A stretch of DNA of 64,000 bases from Actinomycetes bacterium. GTDB taxonomy: Bacteria > Actinomycetota > Actinomycetes > S36-B12. The stretch covers positions 600,075 through 664,074 of the forward strand of contig OZ257128.1 in NCBI GenBank assembly GCA_965278945.1, in the 5' to 3' direction. A model generated the notes under the pieces. That model saw only the letters and a program-made list of their open reading frames with translations. It had not been told where the DNA came from and made no database searches. The position numbers and the translations under genes are program-made. Shown here piece by piece: positions 44,971 through 55,589 of the stretch (positions are counted from its first letter, which is position 1; each line of letters begins with the position of its first letter).

Positions 44971-45692
44971 GCGTCGAACTCATCGAGCCACTGCCGTGGA
45001 CCTATACGGATTCCCCGGGCGTGCTGCTGTGGACGTGGCTGACCCCGCACTTCGTCGCCCGGATCACGGGTGCGGAGGTCACTGACGATGACGCACCGGC
45101 CGATGACGGCCGTCGGCTGATTCGCTCCTATACGTGGGACGTGTCCGATCTGGTCCGCACGTCACAGGGGCTACCTAGGCCGCTCGTCAGCGGCGTGTCG
45201 TCGGACTTCGATGCAGCCGAGCTGATGATCCGCGAGCACGTCGGCAAGTGCTACGACCCGCGCCTGGGCTATCGCAAGTTCTCCGGTCCGCTGGCCTACA
45301 CCTTCATGCTCAGCACGGGTGAGACGGTCGACGTGAGCGAGTTCATCGGCACCAAGTGCGCGGTCACCGTTCTCATGCCCGACCGCAACGAACGCACGGT
45401 CACCGGCGACTTCGAGGTGACTCACTACAAGTGGCGCATCGCTGCACCCGATCGGGTAATGGAGATTGTTCCCGAGCACGTCCTGCGGATCACGAACAGG
45501 TCCGAGGCTGCCGAACGCGCGGCGCTGATCATCCGCAGCGACCTGTACTCCGGGATCGGCCGGATGTACCGCGAGGATCCGCGGCCCGGATGCACGGGTC
45601 GACCGGGGTTCGTCGTGGGCACGGTCGACCATGCGGGCGCCCATCGATGCCCAGTTCATGAAGCGGGACTTCCCGAGCACCTACTTCGCTGA
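44967..45692 (+). CDS. Hypothetical protein
   Basis: GTGA overlap with the sigma gene; C-terminal C..H..C..H cluster. Confidence 0.6.
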   Translation: MSVELIEPLPWTYTDSPGVLLWTWLTPHFVARITGAEVTDDDAPADDGRRLIRSYTWDVSDLVRTSQGLPRPLVSGVSSDFDAAELMIREHVGKCYDPRLGYRKFSGPLAYTFMLSTGETVDVSEFIGTKCAVTVLMPDRNERTVTGDFEVTHYKWRIAAPDRVMEIVPEHVLRITNRSEAAERAALIIRSDLYSGIGRMYREDPRPGCTGRPGFVVGTVDHAGAHRCPVHEAGLPEHLLR

Positions 45693-45723
45693 TAGACCTT
45701 TCGACGAACAGGAGGGAGATGCC

Positions 45724-46884
45724 ATGAGCCTCATGGCCCCACGTCGGCACGTTGAGGATTCCTCGGCGGCCGTCATCAACGACGAACTGGCCAGCGAGCT
45801 CTCCGCGCTGGGTGCGAAGGGGTTCACCGGAGCCGTGGAGGTCCTCGACCGCGGCACCCGCAACCGCGCGCGCCTGTTCTTGTACGACGGCGGGCTGTAC
45901 GCGATCGACCTCGAGGGCTACCCGCGCTCGGTCTTCGGGCGCCTGCGCACCTCCGGGGCATTCGCCTCGCGTACCGCCACCGAGCTCACCGCCCTCGCCG
46001 GCCTGGACGTCCCCGACCCCGCGGTGATCACCCACGCTGTCGACGCAGGCTGGGTCTCGATCGACGAGCTCGCGAACGTGCACCAGGAGCTGCTGCTTGC
46101 CTCGCTCGGTGCCGTGCTCGCCCTGGCGAAGGTGAAGACGCGACCGCGCAAGGGCCAGACAAGCGCCGAGTTCTGCACGCTGCCGCTGCCGGTCGACCCG
46201 CTATTCGACACCGTGCGGATGCGCTCGGACCGACTGCAGGGGACGTGGGCGATGCTCGCCCCCGCCGTGGCGCCCGGCCAGGCCGTCCTCAGTCGCACGC
46301 TTGTTCCGCTCGACCGCACCGCCCTGACCCCCGAGGTCCTTGCGCTTGCCGGCGCAGTCGACGGCGAGCGCTCTTTGGATGCAGTCGCGCACGCGCTCGG
46401 GCTCACCCGGGCCGAGGTCGTGCATGTCGCGTCCGCCCTCATCCGCTCGGGCATGGCCCGGGTCGAGGTCGACGTCCCCGAGGCGCCCGAACCGGCGCAC
46501 TACCTCGTGCCCGAGGCATTCGGCTCCCACCGCGTCGTCGCTGTCGTCCCCGAGCGCGTGCCCGCGTTGAAGCAGACGCCGGCAAAGCCCGCAGAGCCGG
46601 AGGTTCCCGCCGCAGCCCCGGTTCTCGCCGTTGTCCCGCCCGCGATCGCGCCGCCGACGCTGCCGACCACGCTTCCGCTGCGTCCGGTCGGCGAGGTCGA
46701 GGAGCGCGAGCGCGGCCTGGAGAGCGCACGCGCCGACGTCGCGCGCCTGCACACGGAACTGCAGGCCTGCGTGCGAGCCGAGCAGGAGGCGATCAACGCG
46801 ACAGCAGAGGTAAGCCAGAGGCTGCGCGACGCGCGAGTGATCCTCGCAACGCTGGAGATGACGGAATCCGTCGGGCTCTCCTGA
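45724..46884 (+). CDS. DUF4388/PATAN-like domain protein with C-terminal coiled coil
   Basis: GFTGAVEV....ARLFLYDGGLYA pattern, DGERSLDAVA..LGLT winged-helix-like segment; AGGAGG RBS. Confidence 0.55.
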   Translation: MSLMAPRRHVEDSSAAVINDELASELSALGAKGFTGAVEVLDRGTRNRARLFLYDGGLYAIDLEGYPRSVFGRLRTSGAFASRTATELTALAGLDVPDPAVITHAVDAGWVSIDELANVHQELLLASLGAVLALAKVKTRPRKGQTSAEFCTLPLPVDPLFDTVRMRSDRLQGTWAMLAPAVAPGQAVLSRTLVPLDRTALTPEVLALAGAVDGERSLDAVAHALGLTRAEVVHVASALIRSGMARVEVDVPEAPEPAHYLVPEAFGSHRVVAVVPERVPALKQTPAKPAEPEVPAAAPVLAVVPPAIAPPTLPTTLPLRPVGEVEERERGLESARADVARLHTELQACVRAEQEAINATAEVSQRLRDARVILATLEMTESVGLS

Positions 46885-46894
46885 CGGTGGCCCG

Positions 46895-47713
46895 ATGAGC
46901 GATGATGCGGCGCTGCTCGTCGTCTACTACGTGCTGCTCGGTGGTCTTGGCCTGATCGTCGGGTCCTTCCTCAACGTCGTGATCTACCGCGTGCCGCTGG
47001 GCCTTTCCGTAGTCCGTCCACCCTCGTCATGCCCGTCCTGCCACCACCACATCGCGGCGCGCGACAACATCCCCGTGATCTCCTGGCTACTGCTTCGCGG
47101 CCGCTGCCGGTCGTGCGGGGCGCCCGTGTCGTCGCGATATCCGCTGGTCGAGGCAGCGACCGGGCTTGTTTGGCTCGGTCTGGGCTGGTGGGCGATCACC
47201 CATGGCGACGGTGGCATCGATCCGCTGCTGCCACTGCTGCTGGTCCTCGGCAGTGCGGGCGTCGCACTCGCACTCATCGACCTGGATCACCATCGACTTC
47301 CCGACGCGATCGTGATTCCCCTCTATCCCGTGACGCTGGCCGGGCTGGTCTTCGCCGGGCTGCTCGACTCGCACTGGCCCCTGGTGCCGGCACTTTCCGG
47401 CGGCGCGCTGTGGCTGCTCCTGATCGGGGGCATCTGGCTGGCCACCGGCGGACGGGGCATGGGGTTCGGCGACGTGAAGCTCGCGCCAGTCCTCGGCGTG
47501 ACTCTCGGGTGGGTCTCCTTCGGCTCGTCAGTCGTCGGCCTGTTCTCGGCGTTCATTCTCGGCTCGCTCGTCGGATTGATCCTCATGGTCACTGGGCGGG
47601 CGGGGCGGCGCAGCCACGTGCCATTCGGACCGTTCCTCCTCGCGGGATCGGCCATCGGCCTCGTGGTCGGCTCCGCAATAGCGGGGGCGTACGCGGACTG
47701 GATCGGTGGCTGA
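46895..47713 (+). CDS. pilD: Prepilin peptidase/N-methyltransferase
   Basis: GSFLNVVIYRVP, CPSC..CRSC, IDLDHHRLPD, MGFGDVKL, PFGPFL. Confidence 0.93.
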   Translation: MSDDAALLVVYYVLLGGLGLIVGSFLNVVIYRVPLGLSVVRPPSSCPSCHHHIAARDNIPVISWLLLRGRCRSCGAPVSSRYPLVEAATGLVWLGLGWWAITHGDGGIDPLLPLLLVLGSAGVALALIDLDHHRLPDAIVIPLYPVTLAGLVFAGLLDSHWPLVPALSGGALWLLLIGGIWLATGGRGMGFGDVKLAPVLGVTLGWVSFGSSVVGLFSAFILGSLVGLILMVTGRAGRRSHVPFGPFLLAGSAIGLVVGSAIAGAYADWIGG

Positions 47714-47809
47714 CCTCTTGGTCCTGCGAAGAGGCGCGAGTCTGGAAGATCCTGCCGATACTCCCTGTACCGACCTCGCTGAGGCTCGGCGGCGGCCAGG
47801 AGGAGACGA

Positions 47810-48220
47810 ATGATGCGCGCGTGGGTTGAAGCCGATGACCAAGACCGCGAGTTCCTCGTCAGGACCGGCACCGGCCTCGTGACCGCGGTCGTCCCCGTTG
47901 GCATCGTCGGACCGGACAACGCGCACACCTTCTATCGAGTCGAGATCTACTGCGATGCGCCCGGCGGACGGCCCGGAGCGATCCGGTACAGCGTGCATCC
48001 AGTGGTCGCCGCCGACGACGAACTGTTCGAGGTCGCGTCGGGCGCGCAGAAGGACATGTGGCCCGTCGTCTGGTCGGCGCAATGGCATCGTCACGACTGG
48101 ATTCCCGTGGACCTGCCGGTGAGCTCGCTCAATCTCGCAACCGACGCGCGCTGCATACTCGCCGCCCTCGATCGCATCGTCGCTCCCGAGCTGGCCACGA
48201 TCTTGGACCGATCCGAGTGA
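47810..48220 (+). CDS. Hypothetical protein
   Basis: AGGAGGAG RBS; coding-like codon pattern. Confidence 0.55.
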   Translation: MMRAWVEADDQDREFLVRTGTGLVTAVVPVGIVGPDNAHTFYRVEIYCDAPGGRPGAIRYSVHPVVAADDELFEVASGAQKDMWPVVWSAQWHRHDWIPVDLPVSSLNLATDARCILAALDRIVAPELATILDRSE

Positions 48221-48600
48221 CCGGCGACGACATTGGGCTGAGCTTCTTCACCGAGCAGACGCCGCCACGCCCGCCCGCCAATGTCTCGGCGTTCGGCCCG
48301 GTCGACCAGGACGCACTGATCGCCCGTATCGACGCGGTCGAGGAGGACGACCTCACGAGCTCCTTCTTCGGGGACTCGATCCTCGACGTGGAGAACGCGG
48401 CGACGCGCGCCTTCGATATCGGCATCCGAATGCATCACCCGTCGACGCCGTCGGCGAGCGCAGCAGAGCCGATGACGACGGTGGGCATCGATGCGAGCCC
48501 GGCGCTTGCCGCCGATCCGATCGAGGAGCCGATGGTCGGTGGTGTCGCGGAGGGATCGCGGACCGCCTTCATCCTCGGCGGCCCGGCCGGACTCTCGTAG
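48217..48600 (+). CDS. Hypothetical acidic protein
   Basis: GTG 48217 overlaps the upstream stop; same frame as track ORF 48058-48600. Confidence 0.45.
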   Translation: MTGDDIGLSFFTEQTPPRPPANVSAFGPVDQDALIARIDAVEEDDLTSSFFGDSILDVENAATRAFDIGIRMHHPSTPSASAAEPMTTVGIDASPALAADPIEEPMVGGVAEGSRTAFILGGPAGLS

Positions 48601-48639
48601 CTCCTGAACCGCCCGATTGCTGACGCTACAGTTGCCAAT

Positions 48640-50193
48640 GTGACTAGAGAGGCTGACGAGGTGCCTGCTTCCCCGCGGGTCATCGTGGTCGCCGAGCGGC
48701 CGCTGAGTGACCTCCTGAGTGAGTCCGGCGTGGACTGGGTCGTGCAGGAACGGCAGCCCAGCGTGGCCGCGATGTGGGACGCGCTATCCGGCGGTCGCCT
48801 CGACCAGCAGTCCCGCGTCCTGGTCTTCTCCGACTCGCTCATGCTCGGTACCACGGGCGCCGACGGCGAGCTCGAGCAGACGGCCCGAGCGATCGTCGCG
48901 ATGGCCAATGCCGGCGCGTTCGTCTTCGTCGCCAACTGGCGACCCGATGGCATGGACGATCTGCAGCCGCTGATCGACAGTGCCGCCGCGGTTCAGGGCC
49001 TTGACTCGGCAGCACTCGTCTTCCACGTCCTGCCGATGCACAAGGGAGGTCGCGCGGTTCTCGAGACGTTCCGGCAGGTGCTCGGTTCGGAGGTGTCATT
49101 CCCTGGCGTTCTTCCTGCTCGCGTGGACGCTCCCATCGCGCGGGAAATCGCCGCGGCTGCCTCGGGATGGCAGCCGACCCTCAGCGCCGCGTCGTCACGG
49201 CGGCCCGACCTGCCGCCGATCGGCGGGCTTCCGGCGATGCCGCCGCCCAGCACCGTGGTCGACTCGACCTTGAACCTTCCGTCCGCCGCGTCGCAGGAGC
49301 TGCTCTCGCGCCCGAAGGTGCCTGGCCAGGTCACGATCACCGTGACGTCGAGCAAGGGCGGCTCAGGCAAGTCGACTGCATCGATCCTGCTCGCGGGGTC
49401 GATCGCCCGCGCATCGCGCGACGCGGGTCATCCGCTGTCGGTATGCCTCGTCGACCTCGACACCCGCGACGGCCAGGTCGCCTCGCTCATCGGAAAGTTC
49501 ATGCCGACCGCGCTGAACATTCGCGTGCAGCCGGTCTGGGACGAGGAGCGCATCCGTCGCAACCTGGTCCATGCACCCGGCCTGGGAATCGACACACTCC
49601 TGGCGCCGATCAGGCCGCGAACCGCGGACACCGTCGGCCCGGACTTCTACCGGACGATCATCCGCAGCCTGCAGCGCATGTTCGACGTCGTGATCATGGA
49701 CACGAGCGTTCAGTACCTCGATCCGCTCATTGCCCAGGTTGCGCTGCCGGAGGCGGAGGAGGTCATCTTCGTCACGACCCTCGCGTCGACCGCCGTGCAG
49801 GGCATGGCGCGTGCGCTTCGTGAGATCACCGCTCCTGTCGACGAGTCGGGGCTGGGAATCCCGCGCGAGAAGATCGGCATCCTGGTCAACCAGTCGGTCG
49901 CCAACGTCGGCATGGAGCGCGACCAGGTGCTCGCCGCAGGCCTGGGCGTGCCGGTCGTCGGCGTGATCCCGCTCGCGACGAAGGACGTGCTGACCGCGAC
50001 CAACCTCAACCGGATGCACTCCCTTCTCGATCACCCGCTGATCGGGCCGGCTTACAACGAACTGGCGAAGGCCTGCCTGCCTGGTCGCACGCTCGCGACC
50101 TGGCGACCGCTCGAGGAGCCCATCACCGAGGTGCCGTTGTCTCCTGACCTGCTCGACGACGCCAGCCGTCGACGCGGCCTGTTCAGGAGATAG
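48640..50193 (+). CDS. MinD/ParA/CpaE-like ATPase with N-terminal extension
   Basis: Deviant Walker A SSKGGSGKST, LVDLDTRDGQ, FDVVIMDT; TACAGT -10 hexamer 7 nt upstream. Confidence 0.82.
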   Translation: MTREADEVPASPRVIVVAERPLSDLLSESGVDWVVQERQPSVAAMWDALSGGRLDQQSRVLVFSDSLMLGTTGADGELEQTARAIVAMANAGAFVFVANWRPDGMDDLQPLIDSAAAVQGLDSAALVFHVLPMHKGGRAVLETFRQVLGSEVSFPGVLPARVDAPIAREIAAAASGWQPTLSAASSRRPDLPPIGGLPAMPPPSTVVDSTLNLPSAASQELLSRPKVPGQVTITVTSSKGGSGKSTASILLAGSIARASRDAGHPLSVCLVDLDTRDGQVASLIGKFMPTALNIRVQPVWDEERIRRNLVHAPGLGIDTLLAPIRPRTADTVGPDFYRTIIRSLQRMFDVVIMDTSVQYLDPLIAQVALPEAEEVIFVTTLASTAVQGMARALREITAPVDESGLGIPREKIGILVNQSVANVGMERDQVLAAGLGVPVVGVIPLATKDVLTATNLNRMHSLLDHPLIGPAYNELAKACLPGRTLATWRPLEEPITEVPLSPDLLDDASRRRGLFRR

Positions 50194-50212
50194 CGACGAT
50201 GGACGGTCGACG

Positions 50213-50617
50213 ATGACCACCGCACGTGAGTCGATCGCGTCCGCCTCGTACGCGTTGTTCGCTCTAGAGCAGCCGATCTCGCTCTTCGAACTCGCCGCCG
50301 CGGCCCGCGATTCGCGCTTCCCGCTTGCTGCGACGCTGACGCCCGGCTGGTTCGCGGCTGCCGCGCAGGACGACTACAGCCTGCTCGACACCGCACCCGA
50401 GCTACTCGTGCTGCCGCGTGATCTGGAGACGGCTGCGCAGGTCGACGTCACCGGCATCGACCTGATTCACGTCTATGCGCCCGAACTCGCGCCCGACGCG
50501 CCACGACCGGTGGTCGTCGCGGCAGCGCCGGCCCCCGAGCCAGAGCCCGAGCCCGACATGCCGAGCACGTCGACGCAGCTCGGACTGCTGAAGGAGCTGT
50601 CGAACCTCGACGGCTGA
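50213..50617 (+). CDS. Hypothetical protein
   Basis: Follows the ATPase and converges on valS; Pro/Glu linker. Confidence 0.55.
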   Translation: MTTARESIASASYALFALEQPISLFELAAAARDSRFPLAATLTPGWFAAAAQDDYSLLDTAPELLVLPRDLETAAQVDVTGIDLIHVYAPELAPDAPRPVVVAAAPAPEPEPEPDMPSTSTQLGLLKELSNLDG

Positions 50618-50618
50618 A

Positions 50619-53177
50619 CTACACCTCGGCGAGAACGACGCTGACATCGATCGGTCCGTCGCCTTCGACGAACGTGAGATCCGCAATGCGTCCAACCGCC
50701 GTGAGATCCGCTGCGGCCGACTGCAGGCGCGCGACCTGATCGGCTGACGCGGTGATGACCGCGGTGGCGACATCGGCGCGCATGGATGCCTTGGCCTCGG
50801 ACTTCACCTTGCGCACGAGCGTGAGCACCGCGGCGGCGTCATCGACCAGCGCAGCATCAGCATCGCCCGCGAGCGTGGCAAGTGCCGCGTGGTCCGGCCA
50901 CGGACTGCGATGGATCGAGCCCTCCTGCCACCACGACCACACTTCCTCGGTCGTGAACGGGAGCACCGGTGCGAACAGCCGGAGCTGCACGCTCAGCGCT
51001 GTGGCGAGCGTGGCCTTGGCCGACGCGGCCGCGGCCTCGCCCTGCGCTCCATAAGCGCGGTCCTTGACCAGTTCCACGTAGTCATCGGTGAAGTTCCAGA
51101 AGAACGCCTCGGCGACCTCGAGGGCCTTCGCGTACTGGTATCCCTCGAATGCCTCGGTGGCCTGACGGACCACGTCGGCAAGCCGCGCGAGCAGTGCTCG
51201 ATCGAGGGGGTGCGTCACCGCCGCGTCGTCGATCGTGGATCCGTGACCGAGCACGAACTTGCTCGCGTTGAGCACCTTGATCGCCAGGCGGCGGCCGTTC
51301 TTCATCTGGCCGACGTCGAACGCCGTGTCGGTGCCGGGGCGTCCGCTCGCGGCCCAGTAGCGCAGTGCGTCGGAGCTGTGCTCCTCGAGCAGGTCCATCG
51401 GCGTGACGACATTGCCCTTGGACTTGCTCATCTTCTTGCGGTCCGGATCGAGGATCCATCCGGAGATCGCTGCGTTCGACCACGGCACGCAGTCGTTCTC
51501 CAGGTGCGAGCGCACGACGGACGAGAACAGCCAGGTGCGGATGATGTCGTGTCCCTGGGGGCGAAGGTCCATCGGGAAGACTCGCTCCCACAAGTCGGTG
51601 TCGCGCTCCCAGCCTCCGACGATCTGCGGGGTGAGCGAGCTCGTCGCCCACGTGTCCATGACATCGGGATCGCCCATGAAGCCACCGGCGACGCCGCGCT
51701 GATCGGCCGTGTAGCCGGGCGGGACGTCGCTGCTCGGGTCCATCGGCAGCGTGTTCTCGTCGGGCACGAGCGGCTGGTCGTAGACGGGATTGCCTGCGGC
51801 GTCGATGGGGTACCAGAGCGGCAGGGGCACGCCGAAGAAGCGCTGACGCGAGATGAGCCAGTCGCCGTTGAGGCCCTCGACCCAGTTCTCGTAGCGCACG
51901 CGCATGTGCGCGGGGTGCCAGGTGATCTCGCTGCCGCGGGCGACGAGCTTCGCGCGGAGCTCGGGGTCGCGGCCGCCGTTGGCGATGTACCACTGGCGGG
52001 TGGTGACGATCTCGAGCGGCTTGTCGCCTCGCTCGTAGAACTTCACTGGATGCGTGATCTGCTTCGGCTCGCCGACGAGGTCGCCGCTCGCGGTGAGGAT
52101 CTCGGCCATACGCTCCTTCGCGGTATGGCTCGTGGCGCCGGCGATCGCGGCGTAGGCCTCGCGCGCGGTGTCCGTGACGATCCATTCGGGGACCTCGGGG
52201 ATGATCCGCCCGTCCCAGCCGATGATCGGACGCGTAGGCAGTTGCAGTTCGCGCCACCACGTCACGTCGTTGAGATCGCCGAAGGTGCAGATCATCGCGA
52301 TGCCCGAACCCTTGTCGGGGTCGGCAAGGGCGTGCGCGAGGACGGGCACTTCGACGTCGAAGATCGGCGTGCGGACCGTCGAGCCGAACAGCGGCTGGTA
52401 GCGCTCGTCATCGGGATGCGCGACAAGCGCGACGCATGCGGCCAGCAGCTCGGGCCTGGTCGTCTCGATGAACACCTTTGTCGACGGATCGGCGGAGGAG
52501 GGAAAGCCGATGCGGTGGTACGCGCCCGGGCGTTCGCGATCCTCGAGCTCGGCCTGCGCGACGGCGGTGCGATACGTGACATCCCACAGCGTCGGGGCTT
52601 CCGACTGGTACGCCTCGCCTCGCGCCAGGTTGCGCAGGAACCCGAGCTGGCTGACGCGCTGGGAGTTGGCGTCGATCGTCTGGTACGTCTGCGTCCAGTC
52701 GACCGAGAGGCCGACCCGACGCCACACCGACTCGAAGATCGCCTCGTCCTCGACCGTCAGCTTCAGGCACAGCTCGACGAAGTTCCGGCGCGAGATCGGG
52801 ATCTGGCGCTTCGGGTCAGGCTCGGCCGGGGGAGTGAAATCGGCTTCGTACCGCAGGCTCGGGTCGCAGCGGACGCCGTAGTAGTTCTGCACGCGGCGCT
52901 CGGTCGGAAGCCCGTTGTCGTCCCAGCCGATCGGATAGAACACCTCGCGACCGGACATGCGCTGGAACCGCGCGATGCAGTCGGTGTGCGTGTACGAGAA
53001 GACATGTCCCATGTGCAGCGATCCGCTGGCGGTCGGCGGGGGAGTGTCGATCGAGAAGACCTGCGCTCGTGACTTCGTCCGGTCGAAGAGATAGGTGCCC
53101 TGCTCCTCCCATACGGCAGCCCATTTGTCCTCGATGCCTTCGAGGGTGGGCTTGTCGGGCAGGAGGTTCGCGGTCAT
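50619..53177 (-). CDS. valS: Valyl-tRNA synthetase
   Basis: [34 protein letters not shown]; start trimmed to ATG 53177. Confidence 0.96.
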   Translation of the reverse strand: MTANLLPDKPTLEGIEDKWAAVWEEQGTYLFDRTKSRAQVFSIDTPPPTASGSLHMGHVFSYTHTDCIARFQRMSGREVFYPIGWDDNGLPTERRVQNYYGVRCDPSLRYEADFTPPAEPDPKRQIPISRRNFVELCLKLTVEDEAIFESVWRRVGLSVDWTQTYQTIDANSQRVSQLGFLRNLARGEAYQSEAPTLWDVTYRTAVAQAELEDRERPGAYHRIGFPSSADPSTKVFIETTRPELLAACVALVAHPDDERYQPLFGSTVRTPIFDVEVPVLAHALADPDKGSGIAMICTFGDLNDVTWWRELQLPTRPIIGWDGRIIPEVPEWIVTDTAREAYAAIAGATSHTAKERMAEILTASGDLVGEPKQITHPVKFYERGDKPLEIVTTRQWYIANGGRDPELRAKLVARGSEITWHPAHMRVRYENWVEGLNGDWLISRQRFFGVPLPLWYPIDAAGNPVYDQPLVPDENTLPMDPSSDVPPGYTADQRGVAGGFMGDPDVMDTWATSSLTPQIVGGWERDTDLWERVFPMDLRPQGHDIIRTWLFSSVVRSHLENDCVPWSNAAISGWILDPDRKKMSKSKGNVVTPMDLLEEHSSDALRYWAASGRPGTDTAFDVGQMKNGRRLAIKVLNASKFVLGHGSTIDDAAVTHPLDRALLARLADVVRQATEAFEGYQYAKALEVAEAFFWNFTDDYVELVKDRAYGAQGEAAAASAKATLATALSVQLRLFAPVLPFTTEEVWSWWQEGSIHRSPWPDHAALATLAGDADAALVDDAAAVLTLVRKVKSEAKASMRADVATAVITASADQVARLQSAAADLTAVGRIADLTFVEGDGPIDVSVVLAEV

Positions 53178-53227
53178 GGGGCAGGAGTCTATTTGGGCTC
53201 GTGAAGGGCCAGAACCACCCCGCACGC

Positions 53228-53294
53228 CCCGCCGACCTTGAGGTTGGCGTGGCTCTGACGTGGCGTTTCCCACGCCAACCTCAAGGTCGGCGGG
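53228..53294. repeat. REP-like hairpin family B
   Basis: Perfect 25-bp arms cccgccgaccttgaggttggcgtgg with a 17-nt loop. Confidence 0.88.
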
Positions 53295-53313
53295 CAGCGG
53301 CGGTTGGGCCGGA

Positions 53314-53868
53314 CTAGACGAGCCCGGGAAGGCCCGGCAGTCCGTCGAGGCTGACGGCGTTCTTCTTGGCGCGGTACTCGACGAGCCCCTCGGCACCTCG
53401 CTTTGCGTCGCTCAGATCGAGCACAGCACGCTCGCTTTCAAGGCTCATGAGGGGTACCGCGTAGCCGCAGGAATCCGATGTGCGCTGCACGTCGACGACG
53501 ATGATCGAACGAGTGCCGAGATGCTCCGCAAACCGGCCGATCAGCCGGTCGAACTCGTCGGTACCCGGCATGACCACGCGACCTTGCCCATGGAGGCGGA
53601 TGATGCTCGGCCGGCCGTCGAAGGCGCAGAACATCACGACGATGCGACCGTTCTCGCGAATGTGGGCCACCGTCTCGATGCCGCTTCCCGTCAGGTCGAG
53701 ATAGGCGACGGTGTGCTCGTCGATCACGGCGAACGATCCGGCGAGACCCTTCGGCGACAAGTTGATGAGGCCCTCGTCGGACCGGGGAGCGGTCGCGACG
53801 AAGAACATCGGCTGAGCCTCCAGCCACGTCGCGAGCTTGCCGTCGATTCCGTCGAGGACTGTTCCCAT
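53314..53868 (-). CDS. Pyridoxamine 5'-phosphate oxidase-like FMN-binding protein
   Basis: [42 protein letters not shown]. Confidence 0.85.
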   Translation of the reverse strand: MGTVLDGIDGKLATWLEAQPMFFVATAPRSDEGLINLSPKGLAGSFAVIDEHTVAYLDLTGSGIETVAHIRENGRIVVMFCAFDGRPSIIRLHGQGRVVMPGTDEFDRLIGRFAEHLGTRSIIVVDVQRTSDSCGYAVPLMSLESERAVLDLSDAKRGAEGLVEYRAKKNAVSLDGLPGLPGLV

Positions 53869-53890
53869 GCGCCAACCGTAGACTCACGCT
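53869..53890. promoter_or_regulatory. Overlapping divergent leaderless promoters
   Basis: TAGACT (53879-84, +) 6 nt before folC GTG; TACGGT (53880-75, -) 6 nt before ATG 53868. Confidence 0.55.
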
Positions 53891-55234
53891 GTGCACCTCG
53901 GCGAACCGGACGATCGACTCACGGCCCTGTGGGATCACCTCAACACGCGCTGGCCGGAGAATCGCATCGAGCCGACTCTCGCACGCATCGCAGCGCTGAC
54001 CGACCTGCTCGGAGATCCTCAACGGACCTACCCGGTCGTGCATGTCACGGGCACGAACGGCAAGACGTCGACCGCGCGCATGATCGAGTCGCTCCTGCGT
54101 GTGTGCGGCCTGCGAACCGGCCTGTTCACGTCTCCGCACCTGGTCGACCCGCGCGAGCGCATCTGCTTCGACGGCCAGCCGATCGAGACCGAGCGCCTTC
54201 TCGGCGTCTGGGACGAGGTGCGTCCGCTCGTCGAGGTCGTCGACGCGAATTCGGTGGCCGACGGCGGCGTCCCGATGTCCTACTTCGAGGTGATGACGGG
54301 ACTGGCGTTCGCCGCGTTTGCCGATGCGCCCGTCGACGTCGCGATCGTCGAGGTCGGACTCGGCGGAGGGTGGGACTCGACGAACGTCGCGGATGGCACC
54401 GTCTGCGTCGTCACGCCGATCGGTCTTGATCACCGCGACTATCTCGGCGACACGCTGACGGACATCGCGCGCGAGAAGGCCGGGATCATCAAGCCCGGGT
54501 CGATCGCGATCCTTGGCCAGCAGGAACTTGAGGTCGCCGAGGTGCTGCTCGCCCGCTGCCTCGAGGTCGAGGCAACCGTGGCGCGCGAGGGCCTGGAGTT
54601 CGGCGTGGCATCACGCGGGGTTGCTCTCGGCGGCCAGATCCTCGTGCTGCGCGGACTGAACTCGGAGTTCGACGACGTGTTCCTCCCGCTGTTCGGGGAG
54701 CATCAGGCGCAGAACGCGGCGGTCGCACTCGCGGCAGCCGAGGCGTTCCTCGGCGGCTCCGGTCCGCTCGACATGGACCTCGTCCGCACGGGCTTCGCCA
54801 TGGTGACCTCGCCAGGACGACTCGAGGTTGCGCGACGCAATCCGACGGTGCTGCTCGATGCGGCTCACAACCCGCACGGCGCGACCGCGCTCGCGAAGGC
54901 GATCGACGACTCCTTCGACTTCGCGTCGCTGGTCGGTGTCGTCGGCGTGCTGTCCGACAAGGATGCCGCTGGCGTTCTAGAAGCACTCGAGACGACGCTC
55001 GACCGGGTTGTGATCACCGAGTCGTCGTCCGCGCGCTCGATGGATGCCGAGACACTCGCGACGATCGCGCGCACGGTGTTCGGTGATGACCGCGTGTTCG
55101 TCGAGCCCAAGCTGCCCAACGCGCTCGACCGTGCGATCAACCTCGCCGAGGATGCGAGCACGTACGGCGGGGTAGGCGTCCTCATCACGGGGTCAGTAGT
55201 TCTCGTCGGTGACGCGAAGCGGATGCTCACGTGA
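53891..55234 (+). CDS. folC: Folylpolyglutamate synthase/dihydrofolate synthase
   Basis: HVTGTNGKTS, TSPHL..RERI, EVGLGGGWDSTN, LDAAHNP. Confidence 0.95.
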   Translation: MHLGEPDDRLTALWDHLNTRWPENRIEPTLARIAALTDLLGDPQRTYPVVHVTGTNGKTSTARMIESLLRVCGLRTGLFTSPHLVDPRERICFDGQPIETERLLGVWDEVRPLVEVVDANSVADGGVPMSYFEVMTGLAFAAFADAPVDVAIVEVGLGGGWDSTNVADGTVCVVTPIGLDHRDYLGDTLTDIAREKAGIIKPGSIAILGQQELEVAEVLLARCLEVEATVAREGLEFGVASRGVALGGQILVLRGLNSEFDDVFLPLFGEHQAQNAAVALAAAEAFLGGSGPLDMDLVRTGFAMVTSPGRLEVARRNPTVLLDAAHNPHGATALAKAIDDSFDFASLVGVVGVLSDKDAAGVLEALETTLDRVVITESSSARSMDAETLATIARTVFGDDRVFVEPKLPNALDRAINLAEDASTYGGVGVLITGSVVLVGDAKRMLT

Positions 55235-55566
55235 GAGTCCTCGGCTCGTCGGTTCTCGCATTCGAGGCGATCATCGTCCTGCTCGCGACCGCCCTGGCGT
55301 CGTCGACCGGCTCGGTGTCGAACGTCGCGCTCGCCTGGACGGTCGGCCTGATCCTCATGGTCCTGCTTGTCCTGGGCATCGGGACGCTCGGGCGTCCGCA
55401 GGGCATCGTGATCGGCTGGATCCTGCAGGTCCTCGTCCTCGCTACGAGCATCGTCGTCGGCTGGATGATGCTCGTCAGCGGCGTGATCTTCGCGATCCTC
55501 TGGTTCTTCGCCGTCCGCTTCGGCACTCGGGTCGACACATTGCGTGCGAGCGCCCCGGGGGAGTGA
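55231..55566 (+). CDS. DUF4233 membrane protein
   Basis: Small 3-4 TM protein in the conserved actinobacterial position after folC. Confidence 0.75.
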   Translation: MRVLGSSVLAFEAIIVLLATALASSTGSVSNVALAWTVGLILMVLLVLGIGTLGRPQGIVIGWILQVLVLATSIVVGWMMLVSGVIFAILWFFAVRFGTRVDTLRASAPGE

Positions 55567-55582
55567 TACCACGGTGGTATCA
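55564..55582. promoter_or_regulatory. Palindromic operator overlapping the toxin-antitoxin -10 element
   Basis: tgataccac-g-gtggtatca (9-1-9); TATCAT at 55578-83 lies 6 nt before ATG 55590. Confidence 0.7.
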
Positions 55583-55589
55583 TCTGCCT

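Noticed and set aside
48640-50193. Tad/Flp pilus locus or plasmid partition system
   Set aside because: No cpaF/tadBC/flp genes and no parB or parS seen nearby
50889-53072. 727-aa plus-strand ORF
   Set aside because: Antisense to valS, a codon-bias artefact; the same applies to most Arg/Ala/Pro-rich ORFs in the track
53178-53313. T-box or attenuator upstream of valS
   Set aside because: The region is explained by a family-B hairpin; no T-box motif seen
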